A stretch of 64,000 nucleotides of DNA from an uncultured Eubacterium sp. (GTDB lineage: Bacteria > Bacillota > Clostridia > Lachnospirales > Lachnospiraceae), in contig CAJTZX010000014.1 in assembly GCA_910584345.1 (NCBI GenBank), forward strand, positions 11-64,010, given 5' to 3'. The translations under genes were made by a program, and so were the position numbers. Below, in pieces: positions 19,852-29,613 of the stretch. The first letter of the stretch is position 1, and every line of letters starts with the position of its first letter. The notes under the pieces were generated by a model that was given only the letters and a program-made list of their open reading frames with translations, was not told where the DNA came from and did no database searches.

Positions 19852-20067
19852 TTAAATCAAACTTTTTTTCATAGCTAAAATTTCGTCAATAGAATAATCT
19901 GATTCTTCGTATTTTTCTTTTGTATAATCTCCTTGGCCTCCATTGTCATATTCCTCAAGATACCTGGCCATACCAACAGGTCCCAGTGCTTTTACCAAAG
20001 CTTCTGTACCTAATCTCCTGATTTCACTGACCTTTACTATCTTCATTGTCTGATTCATCATATCCAA
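19852..20067 (-). CDS. Small putative antitoxin of a PIN-domain toxin
   Basis: GGAGG RBS; G.EAL...LGPVGMARYL...G.GDYTKE pattern typical of small partners downstream of PIN genes. Confidence 0.65.
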   Translation of the reverse strand: MDMMNQTMKIVKVSEIRRLGTEALVKALGPVGMARYLEEYDNGGQGDYTKEKYEESDYSIDEILAMKKSLI

Positions 20068-20256
20068 ACACCTCCATTACAAATTCAACCGGATTTTTAA
20101 CTTCTATTTCCAATATATCTGAACCGATAATTTCCAGTTCGTTTTCAAATGCTTTCTGCATCACAATCAGAACCGCTTACGTTCTAAATAATTTTTAATA
20201 TTTGACCTGTCATCAAATAAACGGTTATAACAACAGTTATCAAAATATATTTTCAA
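20024..20256 (-). pseudogene. Decayed PIN-domain toxin gene (frameshift plus internal deletion)
   Basis: TTG-KIYFDNCCYNRLFDDRSNIKNYLER, then a frameshift to AVLIVMQKAFENELEIIGSDILEIE joined directly to VKNPVEFV. Confidence 0.65.
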
Positions 20257-20643
20257 AAAACTTCATCTCCCGTCATAAATTCCTTATACATGCTAAAAGT
20301 TTTGTTCCAATCCACCAATATCTAAATAAAATTCTTACTAAAAGAATACCATGCCCATAATATAAATTCAAGTAAACAGTATATTCTTCTTTTGACACAA
20401 TAAATGCCATTATATTCCCTATTTTTCATAACTGAACAGTGTAGTACCCTTGTTTACTAATTTTTCAATGTACCGTCTAGCACGTTCTTCCTCGTTGAAC
20501 TTCTATGATACATGGATTGAAAAAGTCTTATAATTTCAATATTTTTTATGTATCGCAGATGTTTCATCCAAAAGTACATTTTGACCAATACATAAAAAGA
20601 TCAAGTACATCTTATTACTGCAACCTATTTTTGAATAAAGCAT

Positions 20644-20690
20644 AAAAACAGTACGATTATTTATTCTATAAATAAAACGTACTGTTTTTT
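20644..20690 (-). terminator. Stem-loop downstream of the immunity gene
   Basis: aaaaacagtacg...cgtactgttttt inverted repeat. Confidence 0.55.
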
Positions 20691-20882
20691 AATCCATACT
20701 TGTTCCGTACGGATTCGTTGCGTGAATATTATGTTTTTTAAGTTTCTATATCTCTCATTTAAATTAAACTTTTTTCATGGCCGGCATTTCATCAATGAAA
20801 TAATCTGCCTCATCTCAATAAAATACATACTGTTTTTTCTCTAGTCAAAAAATCGCATATATTTAATAATACGCATATTAAC

Positions 20883-21326
20883 TTACATATTACTTAACTT
20901 AAGTCCATACTTTACTAATGTAGTATAAAAATCCAATCCCGTATCAGAAATTTTATCTTCTTCATGATCATATATTAAAATTGAATCTTCACATACTCCA
21001 TCTTCAATTTTAAATCCGGCAAGATCACCTGTTTCGAAATCAAAAACAGGAAGATATTTTCTATTTTTTGAAAACTGCTTATCGACATTACTTATTAAAT
21101 AATAAGGACTCTCGTCATCCGCCGAATAAACTATTGTATATGCAAAGTATCCTCCTCCATATTGCATTAAAAACTCCTTATAACTTTTTGGTAATACAAT
21201 ACCATAATAATTCTCAATCATTTCTATTTTAGTTATATTTGCCTTGCAATCTGATTCCAGACAAAATATCATTGGATTTTCCTTTTTTACTTTTTCAATT
21301 AACTGATTAAATTCAATTGTTTCCAT
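20883..21326 (-). CDS. SMI1/KNR4 (SUKH) family immunity protein
   Basis: IEMIENYYGIVLPKSYKEFLMQYGGG and YDHE motifs; directly after the toxin gene; AT-rich. Confidence 0.88.
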   Translation of the reverse strand: METIEFNQLIEKVKKENPMIFCLESDCKANITKIEMIENYYGIVLPKSYKEFLMQYGGGYFAYTIVYSADDESPYYLISNVDKQFSKNRKYLPVFDFETGDLAGFKIEDGVCEDSILIYDHEEDKISDTGLDFYTTLVKYGLKLSNM

Positions 21327-21338
21327 AACTTGCCTTTC

Positions 21339-22520
21339 TCATTTTTTATCGTATATCAAATCAGGAAATTTCTGATCCGCACCCTGCTCGCGTGCTCTAT
21401 ACCACCAATGCAACTCTCTGTCTGACTGTCGCATCTCAGCTGTCACTCCCTGATTGTATTTATTAGGATGGAGTGCACGATTATTTCTATGATCGCCTGG
21501 ACGTATTTCATGCAAAGAAGCTCCTGGCATCTGATCACCATGATGAATATCTGGATTACCTAATCCTCTTGGAGAGTGTCCTAATAATGCTTGTTTTATA
21601 TCATTGTCTGACCATTCTCCATTTATTCTTACAGGCGGATCTCCCGCTCCATATCCTTCACCCGTTGTAACATCAACATTTCTTTCTTCCACATGTTCTT
21701 CATTATTATGAACAAAAATCTTATTCTCCGTAACAAAATAAGACGACCATTCATCCACATGAAAATTATACACATCCACAGGCTCATCATGCCTGACTTT
21801 CGTAATCCCTGTAATACCTGCAGTCCCTTCAGCCGTTTCCAAGAGATCAGCTTCCCTCAGCTGAATCGCTGTTACCCATCCTCTGTCTTTCACAAAAAAG
21901 GAATGATACGCAGTTGTTTTTACTTCTTCCTTTCCATCCAGCCAGATATGGTAGATCGTATGCGCTTCTGTAACAAATACTTCTTTTACTTTCTGAAATC
22001 CCGTTTCTCCGGTTTCTTCATTTCTGGAATAAATATCGTCACCTTTGCAGATTTCCTTAATTGGACGAAGTCCTGATTTTGTTAAAACAAGCGTATCTGC
22101 GGTAAAGCACTTCCCATTCACACATACCGCTTTTCCGCTTGTCTTTTCTCTATTTAAATCTTTCGTTCCCCCGGACTTGCTTTTTTTGGCCCCTGTCTGC
22201 ACTTTTCCTTTACTCATACCGGAACATGCTTTTGCTGCTTTTGCCGTTGTAACTGCCCGCTTTGGCGCCGGATTTTTTCCTTTTGGCATTGAATCCTTTA
22301 GTTTTTGAAAAATATCAGGAAGACTTGCCATCAGCGGCACTAATACCGGCATGGCTCTTAACACCGCATTCCCCAATTTTCCAACAGCTTCGCCAACTGC
22401 TGCCTGAGCGGCATCGCCAACTACCGGTATGCTTCCTGCAACGTCTAATACGACTTGAATGACATCTGAACAGCTTACAGGGTCCATATTATTTTCCGTA
22501 TACAGATCAGATTTTATCAT
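21339..22520 (-). CDS. Polymorphic toxin: PT-TG-like N-terminus, Hint autoprocessing domain, C-terminal HNH/EndoVII (LHH-like) nuclease
   Basis: LDVAGSIPVVGD; CFTADTLV...VYNFHVDEWSSYFV...VHN; IHHGDQ...LHE...H...LH...HWWYRA. Confidence 0.85.
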   Translation of the reverse strand: MIKSDLYTENNMDPVSCSDVIQVVLDVAGSIPVVGDAAQAAVGEAVGKLGNAVLRAMPVLVPLMASLPDIFQKLKDSMPKGKNPAPKRAVTTAKAAKACSGMSKGKVQTGAKKSKSGGTKDLNREKTSGKAVCVNGKCFTADTLVLTKSGLRPIKEICKGDDIYSRNEETGETGFQKVKEVFVTEAHTIYHIWLDGKEEVKTTAYHSFFVKDRGWVTAIQLREADLLETAEGTAGITGITKVRHDEPVDVYNFHVDEWSSYFVTENKIFVHNNEEHVEERNVDVTTGEGYGAGDPPVRINGEWSDNDIKQALLGHSPRGLGNPDIHHGDQMPGASLHEIRPGDHRNNRALHPNKYNQGVTAEMRQSDRELHWWYRAREQGADQKFPDLIYDKK

Positions 22521-22521
22521 C

Positions 22522-24180
22522 CTAATTCTCCTTAATCAGCCTTGCCTTCATCGTAACATTTCCATCGATACAGATCGCGCTTCCTTTGCAATTTTCCTGC
22601 AAAGATTTGGAAGCTGTCCAAATCATCTTTTTTCTGGAAGATATATTTAAATTTTTCACTGAAGAAATATCCATTTCATCTTTGGAGCCTGCCGTAAATT
22701 TTTTCTTACTTGCAATATCCATCGTATTTTCTGTAGATATTTGAATGTCCTGGTCTGCCGACATGCTGATGCCTTTTTTCGGATCCATATGCAAATTATT
22801 TTCCTTATTTGTAATATCAATCGTACCCTTTACATTTACTTTCATATCCTTTCCTACTGTGACATTAAAATCGTTCAAACATGCCATGGAGATATCATTT
22901 CCGCTCAACAGTGTGATACTGCCTGCACTCAGTACGTTAACATCTTTAATGGTAAATACATCTACACCGGAATCTTTATTGATACGGACATATGTCAGCC
23001 AGTCTTGCGCCGTAATTAATATTTCATCTTTATCCATTTTGATCTCTTTTCCATCTACTGTACGCAGATATTTTACGTTTGGATCGGCAGTGCGGTCCGT
23101 TTCTGCCTGACGTACAGACTGAACTGCGTAAGCTTTATTTTCATCTTCTGTCGGAAATATGATTTGAACGGTATCTCCCACTTCCGGCATAACATACCAG
23201 CCTGTATTCCCTTCAGTAGAATAGCCGGTTGCATAAGGAAACGGATATGCTTTTCCCTCGTCTTGAGATTTGTCAATGGAAAGGTGCACTTTTACCGTAT
23301 GATTGCTCACATTTAATACTTTTCCATCCAGTGTAAGTCCGCTGATGTATGGATGATCGATTTTCGCCGCCGATATTCCCTGTTTTGTCGTGGCGACGCA
23401 AGTACATAAAAAGACAGAGCCTTTCAGTGAAAGTCTTACTTCCCTGACATACAGACTTTTGCCCTTGACGCTGACCTGATCGCCGATTTCCAACGCTGCA
23501 AATTCGGTACGAATGGAATATTCTACAGCGTCTTCTTCCTGGTAGGATATCTCTTCACATTGTGAGAGCTGCCGATATCTGGCTACTTTTTTTCGAACGG
23601 AAAAATCAGCTTTTGCTGTTTCTTGTGAATATGAATTTCCCTCTGACAAACCGAAAGAAAATACAGGCGTTTCCTGTGTTGGATCTGGAACGAGTACACT
23701 GTTGCTATGCGAAGCAAGTCTTTTTAAAAATTCCCAGTCTGTCTCCCGGTACTGCAAAAGCAGATTTTCGATCTGTTTTGCCGGGGCGACACAGGTTGCC
23801 GAACCTCCGGCTTCTCCTGCAATCTCATTTACGATACTGTCATAGCCACGCCCTTTTTCCTGGAAGGAGCGTTTCTTTTCCGTCTGATCCAGTTTTACCG
23901 TCCATGAAACGGCTTCTGCTTCCAGATAGTAAACACCACTTTCACAAATGACGCCTACGTCCGTAGCGACACCGCAAAACAATGTATCCCCTGCCTGCGT
24001 AAGTTTTACAGGCATCGCGTCCCACTGCTGCCCGATCAGACTGTCTTCTTCTCCTTCTTTTAAGACGCCGCGCACGTAAAGCCTGGCATGGTCATTGATT
24101 GTTTTTACATATTCCAGGTCTAAAATTCTCTCCAGCGCAAACGGTTCCACGATGTATTTTCCAACTTCCTGCAATTCCAT
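22522..24180 (-). CDS. vgrG: VgrG-like spike protein (gp27/gp5-like)
   Basis: QYRETDWEFLKRLA, GWYVMPEVGDTV OB-fold motif, C-terminal beta-helix repeats; start reassigned to MELQEV after a GAAAGG RBS. Confidence 0.85.
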   Translation of the reverse strand: MELQEVGKYIVEPFALERILDLEYVKTINDHARLYVRGVLKEGEEDSLIGQQWDAMPVKLTQAGDTLFCGVATDVGVICESGVYYLEAEAVSWTVKLDQTEKKRSFQEKGRGYDSIVNEIAGEAGGSATCVAPAKQIENLLLQYRETDWEFLKRLASHSNSVLVPDPTQETPVFSFGLSEGNSYSQETAKADFSVRKKVARYRQLSQCEEISYQEEDAVEYSIRTEFAALEIGDQVSVKGKSLYVREVRLSLKGSVFLCTCVATTKQGISAAKIDHPYISGLTLDGKVLNVSNHTVKVHLSIDKSQDEGKAYPFPYATGYSTEGNTGWYVMPEVGDTVQIIFPTEDENKAYAVQSVRQAETDRTADPNVKYLRTVDGKEIKMDKDEILITAQDWLTYVRINKDSGVDVFTIKDVNVLSAGSITLLSGNDISMACLNDFNVTVGKDMKVNVKGTIDITNKENNLHMDPKKGISMSADQDIQISTENTMDIASKKKFTAGSKDEMDISSVKNLNISSRKKMIWTASKSLQENCKGSAICIDGNVTMKARLIKEN

Positions 24181-24211
24181 TCCAAACACCTTCCTTTCTT
24201 TTTGCAGCCAA

Positions 24212-24787
24212 TCAGGCTGTGCGTATCGTTGCAATCATCTGCACAAACAAATCTTTCCAATCTTCCTTGTCCGATTCCGGACAGTTGCAAGTTCCCATCA
24301 GCAGCCTGCCTTTGAACGATGTAATATACATCATGTTATATACATAAGAATCCATAGCAGGAGCTAAAAAATCCATCCATGCCGCTTCGTTCTCTCCGGC
24401 CTTTACACAATCTTTATCCAAAATACCGCAGCCCGGGTACAGATTATGAACGATATGGCCCATATAATCACGCACCTGTACTTCCTGCCCCGCTGCAAGC
24501 TTTTCTTGTTTCAGTAAAAAACAAACGTTTACCGTAGTTTCCGGATTTGAATAAATGAGATCCGGACGATTTTCACTTGGATATTTCATCTTTATAAACT
24601 CTTTGCCAAGGAGCGTAAAATTTTGAGGAATCCACATCCACATCTGATTTTTAAAAATTTCCAACTCCTGAAACAACAGCTCTTGCTCGCCTACTAAAAC
24701 ACTGCCTTTTTGAATATCTGTATTTCTGGCGTGTTCCTGGCCTTCCTGCAGCATACGGATAAATCCCTCATCTCCATATTTTTTCAT
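24212..24787 (-). CDS. DUF1795/DcrB-like effector adaptor
   Basis: KYPSENRP...TTVN...YNMMY...GTCNC..W PsbP-like pattern; lies between PAAR-like and VgrG genes; start at MKKYGD after GGAGG. Confidence 0.6.
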   Translation of the reverse strand: MKKYGDEGFIRMLQEGQEHARNTDIQKGSVLVGEQELLFQELEIFKNQMWMWIPQNFTLLGKEFIKMKYPSENRPDLIYSNPETTVNVCFLLKQEKLAAGQEVQVRDYMGHIVHNLYPGCGILDKDCVKAGENEAAWMDFLAPAMDSYVYNMMYITSFKGRLLMGTCNCPESDKEDWKDLFVQMIATIRTA

Positions 24788-24833
24788 GTTTCCATGCCTC
24801 CAGACAATTTTTCTTTGTCCCTTCCTTCCATCC

Positions 24834-25157
24834 TTACTGGCCGTCATTTTTTAATTTTAGTATGCCTGCGCCAACCGGACAGATCGCAACCGATTTGTTC
24901 AGCAACGCCGGAGCTCCCTGCACCAACACATCCATCTTGCCATTGAGCCATACGACACAAGCCGGAACACATGGTACATGCGTCATTTTACATACGCCAA
25001 ACGGGCCTACATTAATCATTGGCTTGCAGTCTAAAATATTTGCTTTCGCTTTTCCGCGCACCTGCACACGTCTGCTTGGGAGGACTCTCAAAGGCGCATC
25101 TATCGTCCCCATCGTACATTTCACTTTTGCCCCATTAACTACATAAGTCTGACCCAT
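24834..25157 (-). CDS. DUF4280 PAAR-like spike-tip protein
   Basis: YVVNGAKVKCTMG...NVGPFGVC...CVP...W...PALLNKSVAICPVG. Confidence 0.88.
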   Translation of the reverse strand: MGQTYVVNGAKVKCTMGTIDAPLRVLPSRRVQVRGKAKANILDCKPMINVGPFGVCKMTHVPCVPACVVWLNGKMDVLVQGAPALLNKSVAICPVGAGILKLKNDGQ

Positions 25158-25213
25158 ATTCTAATCTACGCTCCCTTCTAATGTATCGTACGGAATCTGC
25201 TGCCGGAAATTCG

Positions 25214-25990
25214 TTAAAATACGGCCGGCCCCTGTGTTCTCCTTTTCTGTCCCATACCTCGGCCTCCGGCTCCTGCAATCCGTACAAGCCTTTCATAGAT
25301 CTCGCTATGAGAAAACTCGCGAAAAGGCTCCCCCAGCCTTCTGCATATATAACGCAGCAGACATTCTCTGGAAATTGGCGGCTGGTTCAGGCATAACAAC
25401 GCAAACTGAATATCCGTCTCCGAAGCATCCATATTTTCCATCATCATATTTGCAAACATCCGCAGCAGCATCGGCGATACCGTAACCCCGCCCGGCCCGG
25501 CATATGGTATCTGCGTAACATCCAGCGTATTGTAGGCTGTACGGCAGTCCCGCAAATCCCGGTAATCTTTTCGCAGACGTGCACCTTCTGACAAGCGGAA
25601 TCTGCCAAGCTCCAGCTCTGTATTACCCGGTTCTCCGTTTTTTAGCCGTAATTCCAGCTGCCGGACGTAAAAGTCTTCGGTATACACTCCCGGATTGATT
25701 CTTAAACAAACGGTAATCTGCTGTTCATATGCCCGAAACGGAATTGTCTCCGCTGCTGTAAGTATGACCTGTCCCTCATACCATACCGCACCTGCATCTA
25801 TGACGACCTCTCCGTTTTCATTCTCCCGTTCCTTTGCTTCATAAGATATATCAAACCCGTATAACACCCCATTTGACCAATCCGCAAAGGCAAGTTTGGC
25901 CAACCCGCCTGGAAAATCTCTTAACGCTTCCAGACTTTCTCTTTTTAGTACCCTTCCTTTACTGAACAACGGCTCCGCATAATTTTGCAT
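25214..25990 (-). CDS. Protein of the injection-system-like locus (putative baseplate/TssK-like component)
   Basis: N-terminal P.F..GRVL...LE.LRDF pattern reminiscent of baseplate or fibre N-termini; operonic position. Function inferred. Confidence 0.5.
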   Translation of the reverse strand: MQNYAEPLFSKGRVLKRESLEALRDFPGGLAKLAFADWSNGVLYGFDISYEAKERENENGEVVIDAGAVWYEGQVILTAAETIPFRAYEQQITVCLRINPGVYTEDFYVRQLELRLKNGEPGNTELELGRFRLSEGARLRKDYRDLRDCRTAYNTLDVTQIPYAGPGGVTVSPMLLRMFANMMMENMDASETDIQFALLCLNQPPISRECLLRYICRRLGEPFREFSHSEIYERLVRIAGAGGRGMGQKRRTQGPAVF

Positions 25991-25993
25991 CTG

Positions 25994-28657
25994 CTAATGC
26001 CTCCCGTCAAAAAAATCTGTCTCCCAGGCGCCCGGCTCAAAAGGCACAAACCCGGGCGGACGGGTATACAGCCTGTTTGCCTCCCTTGCTGTCTCCAGCA
26101 CAGAAAATCCCCAGTTTTCATAATCTCCATAAATAAACAGCCGCAGCTCACCGTTACGCATACTGTCCAAATCTTCCTGGCGGATAAACGGATACGCAGA
26201 AAGCAGTTCGCCGTATCCGGTTTCTTCTCTGCCCTGTTCCTGAATCGTATAGGGAATACAGGAGACTTCTTGTTCCATCCCGTTTTTTAAATAAAACAAA
26301 ATTTCTTCAGTACCTGTCGGCCTTGATAAAAATCCATATACTTCCCCCATTGGCGTACCTTTTTCCAGCAGTGTTTTTTGCCGTCCGGCCATTTCATAAT
26401 CCTCTGCTGTCAGAGAATAAGGCGCTCTCGCAGGCTCATAGCTGATCGTCGTACGTATTCTTCCGGTCCTTCGGTCTTGCTGATAGGCCATTGCTCCATC
26501 CATACACAAAAACTTCCGTTCACATCCGGTCTCTCCGCCTGTCTTTGCCTTCCTGCCAGCGACATATTCTTTCATAACCTCCCGAAACAGTTCGATCTTG
26601 CTGCTCTGGCCGGAAAGGATAATACGGTCAATATCCATTAATCGTCCGCTTTCATACCACGGTTCAATAAAATTTTTTAAAAATCCATAGATATCTGGCT
26701 TTAATAACAGATTGACCTCTTCTTTCTCTATAACCAGCTCTGGACACAGCGTACGGGTTTCCCATCCTCCGATCTCCCGTTTCAAAAACAGATGAAAATC
26801 TTCAAAACAGCCATATCCTGCAAAATCCGAAAAAAGCGGACGTAACGCTGCCCTGCAGACACCCGACTGAAAATACAGCTTCTTTTTCACTGTCTCTGCC
26901 AGATTCCAAAGAAAATAATAATTGCTCCTCACCTTTAAAAATGCATGTTCCGGCTGATTCTGATAATCATCAAAACGGGTTGGTATGAGTGCTTCTGCCT
27001 TTTGATAAACCGCTGAGAATGTCTCATACGCCTTTTCTACCCCTTCCCGGTCAATTTTTTCATACAGCTGCGACAATACGCCCGGAAACAGTTCATCCAT
27101 GGAAACAGGTTCCCGCCGCTGTATCACCTCTGCCAGACGGATTTTCAAATATTGCATGACACGCCATGTCAGCTCATTTCCGCCAAAATTCGTATCTCCA
27201 TGCGCATAAGTTACATGCATTTCCAGACGGCTTGTAATACCTTCGTTTGTAATCTTATAATTACAGTTTACCATGTCGCTCGTTCCACCGCCACAGTCCA
27301 AAATAAGCATTTTTTTTGCTACGCCGTCTTCATAATCCAATTCCCGAATGCCCTGTTCCAAAAAATGATAAGCAACGGCGACTGCTTCATCGGTAATGTT
27401 TTTTGTCATGACTTCATATTCCGGCAGCGCTTCCTGATACATGCGCAGAGAAAGCGTTTTCTGCTTGACCGGGCAAGTAAAGCAAAGCTTCGGATACCTG
27501 ACTCGGTTTTGCTGTTGCGCGCGGTCAATAATATATAATAAATAAGCTCGTATTAAAAACAAACGCTCTACTTCACACGTATTTCCTTCCAGATCTGCCA
27601 CCTGAATCCGCTCTCTGTAGCGGCCAACCCAGCGTTTCATATCATAAAAAATACTGTTTCTGGCCATAAATCCTCTGTTTTTCTCCTCCTGCACAGCCTC
27701 TTCCCCATACAGGAACGTCATATGCTCCGGTATTCCGTCACTGCAGTCTTTGACTGCCAGCACACTCGGACTGAGCCCGCAGCTGGCGCAGCCTCCCTGC
27801 TGTCTCCACTCACAGTCCAAAACCGACGGAAAAAAAATGCGTCCGCCGCTGCCATCATTCTTTCTGCCCTGCTGCAGAGGAATCCAGCTCATAGAAAGCT
27901 CGTCCTGCGTGTAGCACTGGATTCCCTGATGAAAGCTAAAACAGGTTCCCGCTGTCGTATAAGAAGTCCCATAGTCAATAATGAGCGGTTCCGTACACTG
28001 CGGTACTTCTTTGATCCAGATTTCAGGCAGTGGAATACGGATATAAGGAATCATGCTTTTTTTCCGTTCTTTTCCCTGATAGCAGCGCACTGCTTCTTCT
28101 ACATACGCCGGCTCGATAAATAACAGTTCCCACTGATGAAAACGTCCGGCTGGAATATCCGGTGAAATCCGCTCCCTGTCCAGCCGCATCTGATATTTCC
28201 CTGCATTTACCTGATCCAGCATGAGCACTGCCTGAATTTCACATGTATCATCTGCTAAAAATGCATAAATGCCTAGATCCTGTCTTGTCACAGCCAGATA
28301 AGGAGATTGTTCTGTATTCAAAGATGTCTGATCCTGATACAGCTCCATCCTGGCAGGCACTTCAATACCGCCCATCTGTCCGCTGCCTGCCTTTTCGAAC
28401 GCATCTTCCAGCCGCTTGCATCCTTCTCTTGTATAAACTGCAATGCCAGGTTTTTTGACAACCCCAAGATAGCGGTATAGTAACGCTGCCAGCTCTTCTT
28501 TATGATGAAACATTTCCATTGTAGGCGGTTTGATATTTTCCGCACGACAGATTTCCCGCAGCCTTGGCAATTCAAATGCTGCCAGCTCCTCACGCGTATA
28601 CAGCCGCCGGATCGGATTTTTCTTCAATTTTCCCAGTTTATAAGTCTCATACTGCAT
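25994..28657 (-). CDS. Large Hsp70/actin-fold ATPase (DnaK-like/SrfB-like)
   Basis: IDYGTSYT, DEAVAVA, ILDCGGGTSD, FGGNELT and ILSGQSSKI motifs; start probably MQYETYK after GAGGTG. Confidence 0.8.
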   Translation of the reverse strand: MQYETYKLGKLKKNPIRRLYTREELAAFELPRLREICRAENIKPPTMEMFHHKEELAALLYRYLGVVKKPGIAVYTREGCKRLEDAFEKAGSGQMGGIEVPARMELYQDQTSLNTEQSPYLAVTRQDLGIYAFLADDTCEIQAVLMLDQVNAGKYQMRLDRERISPDIPAGRFHQWELLFIEPAYVEEAVRCYQGKERKKSMIPYIRIPLPEIWIKEVPQCTEPLIIDYGTSYTTAGTCFSFHQGIQCYTQDELSMSWIPLQQGRKNDGSGGRIFFPSVLDCEWRQQGGCASCGLSPSVLAVKDCSDGIPEHMTFLYGEEAVQEEKNRGFMARNSIFYDMKRWVGRYRERIQVADLEGNTCEVERLFLIRAYLLYIIDRAQQQNRVRYPKLCFTCPVKQKTLSLRMYQEALPEYEVMTKNITDEAVAVAYHFLEQGIRELDYEDGVAKKMLILDCGGGTSDMVNCNYKITNEGITSRLEMHVTYAHGDTNFGGNELTWRVMQYLKIRLAEVIQRREPVSMDELFPGVLSQLYEKIDREGVEKAYETFSAVYQKAEALIPTRFDDYQNQPEHAFLKVRSNYYFLWNLAETVKKKLYFQSGVCRAALRPLFSDFAGYGCFEDFHLFLKREIGGWETRTLCPELVIEKEEVNLLLKPDIYGFLKNFIEPWYESGRLMDIDRIILSGQSSKIELFREVMKEYVAGRKAKTGGETGCERKFLCMDGAMAYQQDRRTGRIRTTISYEPARAPYSLTAEDYEMAGRQKTLLEKGTPMGEVYGFLSRPTGTEEILFYLKNGMEQEVSCIPYTIQEQGREETGYGELLSAYPFIRQEDLDSMRNGELRLFIYGDYENWGFSVLETAREANRLYTRPPGFVPFEPGAWETDFFDGRH

Positions 28658-28720
28658 CGAGCGCACCTCATTTGCCATTTCTGTATAACCGTTCGCACAT
28701 GTAAAACGATTCTTCTTTTC

Positions 28721-28884
28721 TAGAGCGTGTTTGAAAAATCATTCCCGCGATCTGTACTCCCCACTTTGCGGAGAATTCATCCCAAATTTAGTCAACATAG
28801 CCCGCTATGCCTCCTAAATTTGGGATAAATTCTCCACAAACTGTGAAGCACATCTCACGGAAAGCATTTTTCAAACACGCTCTA
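28721..28884. mobile_element. 164-bp palindromic MITE-like element in the operon
   Basis: 19-bp perfect terminal inverted repeat tagagcgtgtttgaaaaat with TA at both ends; inner stems gagaatt.atcccaaatttag/ctaaatttgggat.aattctc and catagc/gctatg. Confidence 0.8.
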
Positions 28885-28885
28885 C

Positions 28886-29587
28886 TTATGCCAGAATAAA
28901 ATCTTCCATCTGTGTTGTTTCCTCATATCCAAGCACACCATACGTTTTTGTCCAATGAATCGTACCGGAACACGCCAGCGGCAAAAACAAGCGGATGAGA
29001 AAGCGTATCTTTTTTTCTTCTACCGGTTCCTGCGGCTCCCGCATGTAAAAAACAAACTCTTCACCTTCCCGGATATAAATCACACAGATCGGAAGCAGCG
29101 CATGGACAGCCCCGGACAGGCTGCATGGACCGTCTCCGGTATGGTAAAACGTAAGCAGCCACTCTGCAATGACACGCCTTTCCATCTTCGTAAAAACGCT
29201 CAGTTCCTCAAGGCCGCCATACACGCCACGTTCCAAATCCCGCATAAGCAGACGGATATAAAAATCATGTCTGCACATGCCCATCTTGATATCCAAATCT
29301 GCCAGATAGTGAAGCATAATATCCGACAATGCCTGTTCAAACTCTTCGTATCCGAGATCATCCGCTGTCAAAAGCGGATCAAAAATCGAGAAAAAGCGCA
29401 CATACGGATTTACATCCAGCCGTGCCCTGCCATCCTCATAAGTCCCATTTCCATGCAGACTTTCCGCCTGCAGCTCCAGGTAAGGAGATACCCTGTTATT
29501 TTTTACGACATAATGTATTCTGCTCAGGTCTTTCTCCTGCTGCAGCATCATCAAATACGGCGCCCATATCTGGTTGCTCTCTGCCAT
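28886..29587 (-). CDS. Protein of the injection-system-like locus (putative TssG/baseplate-like)
   Basis: VSPYLE, DVNPYVRF, FLIRLFLPL; size and position next to the 404-aa partner. Function inferred. Confidence 0.5.
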   Translation of the reverse strand: MAESNQIWAPYLMMLQQEKDLSRIHYVVKNNRVSPYLELQAESLHGNGTYEDGRARLDVNPYVRFFSIFDPLLTADDLGYEEFEQALSDIMLHYLADLDIKMGMCRHDFYIRLLMRDLERGVYGGLEELSVFTKMERRVIAEWLLTFYHTGDGPCSLSGAVHALLPICVIYIREGEEFVFYMREPQEPVEEKKIRFLIRLFLPLACSGTIHWTKTYGVLGYEETTQMEDFILA

Positions 29588-29613
29588 TGATCCACCTCAT
29601 TTCCTGCAACGAT

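Noticed and set aside
20280..20880. Possible orphan immunity or toxin remnants downstream of the SMI1 gene
   Set aside because: AT-rich with only short broken frames; no motif I can support
25994..28678. Housekeeping dnaK
   Set aside because: Too long and divergent, lacks a recognisable DnaK substrate-binding domain, and has no grpE/dnaJ/hrcA context
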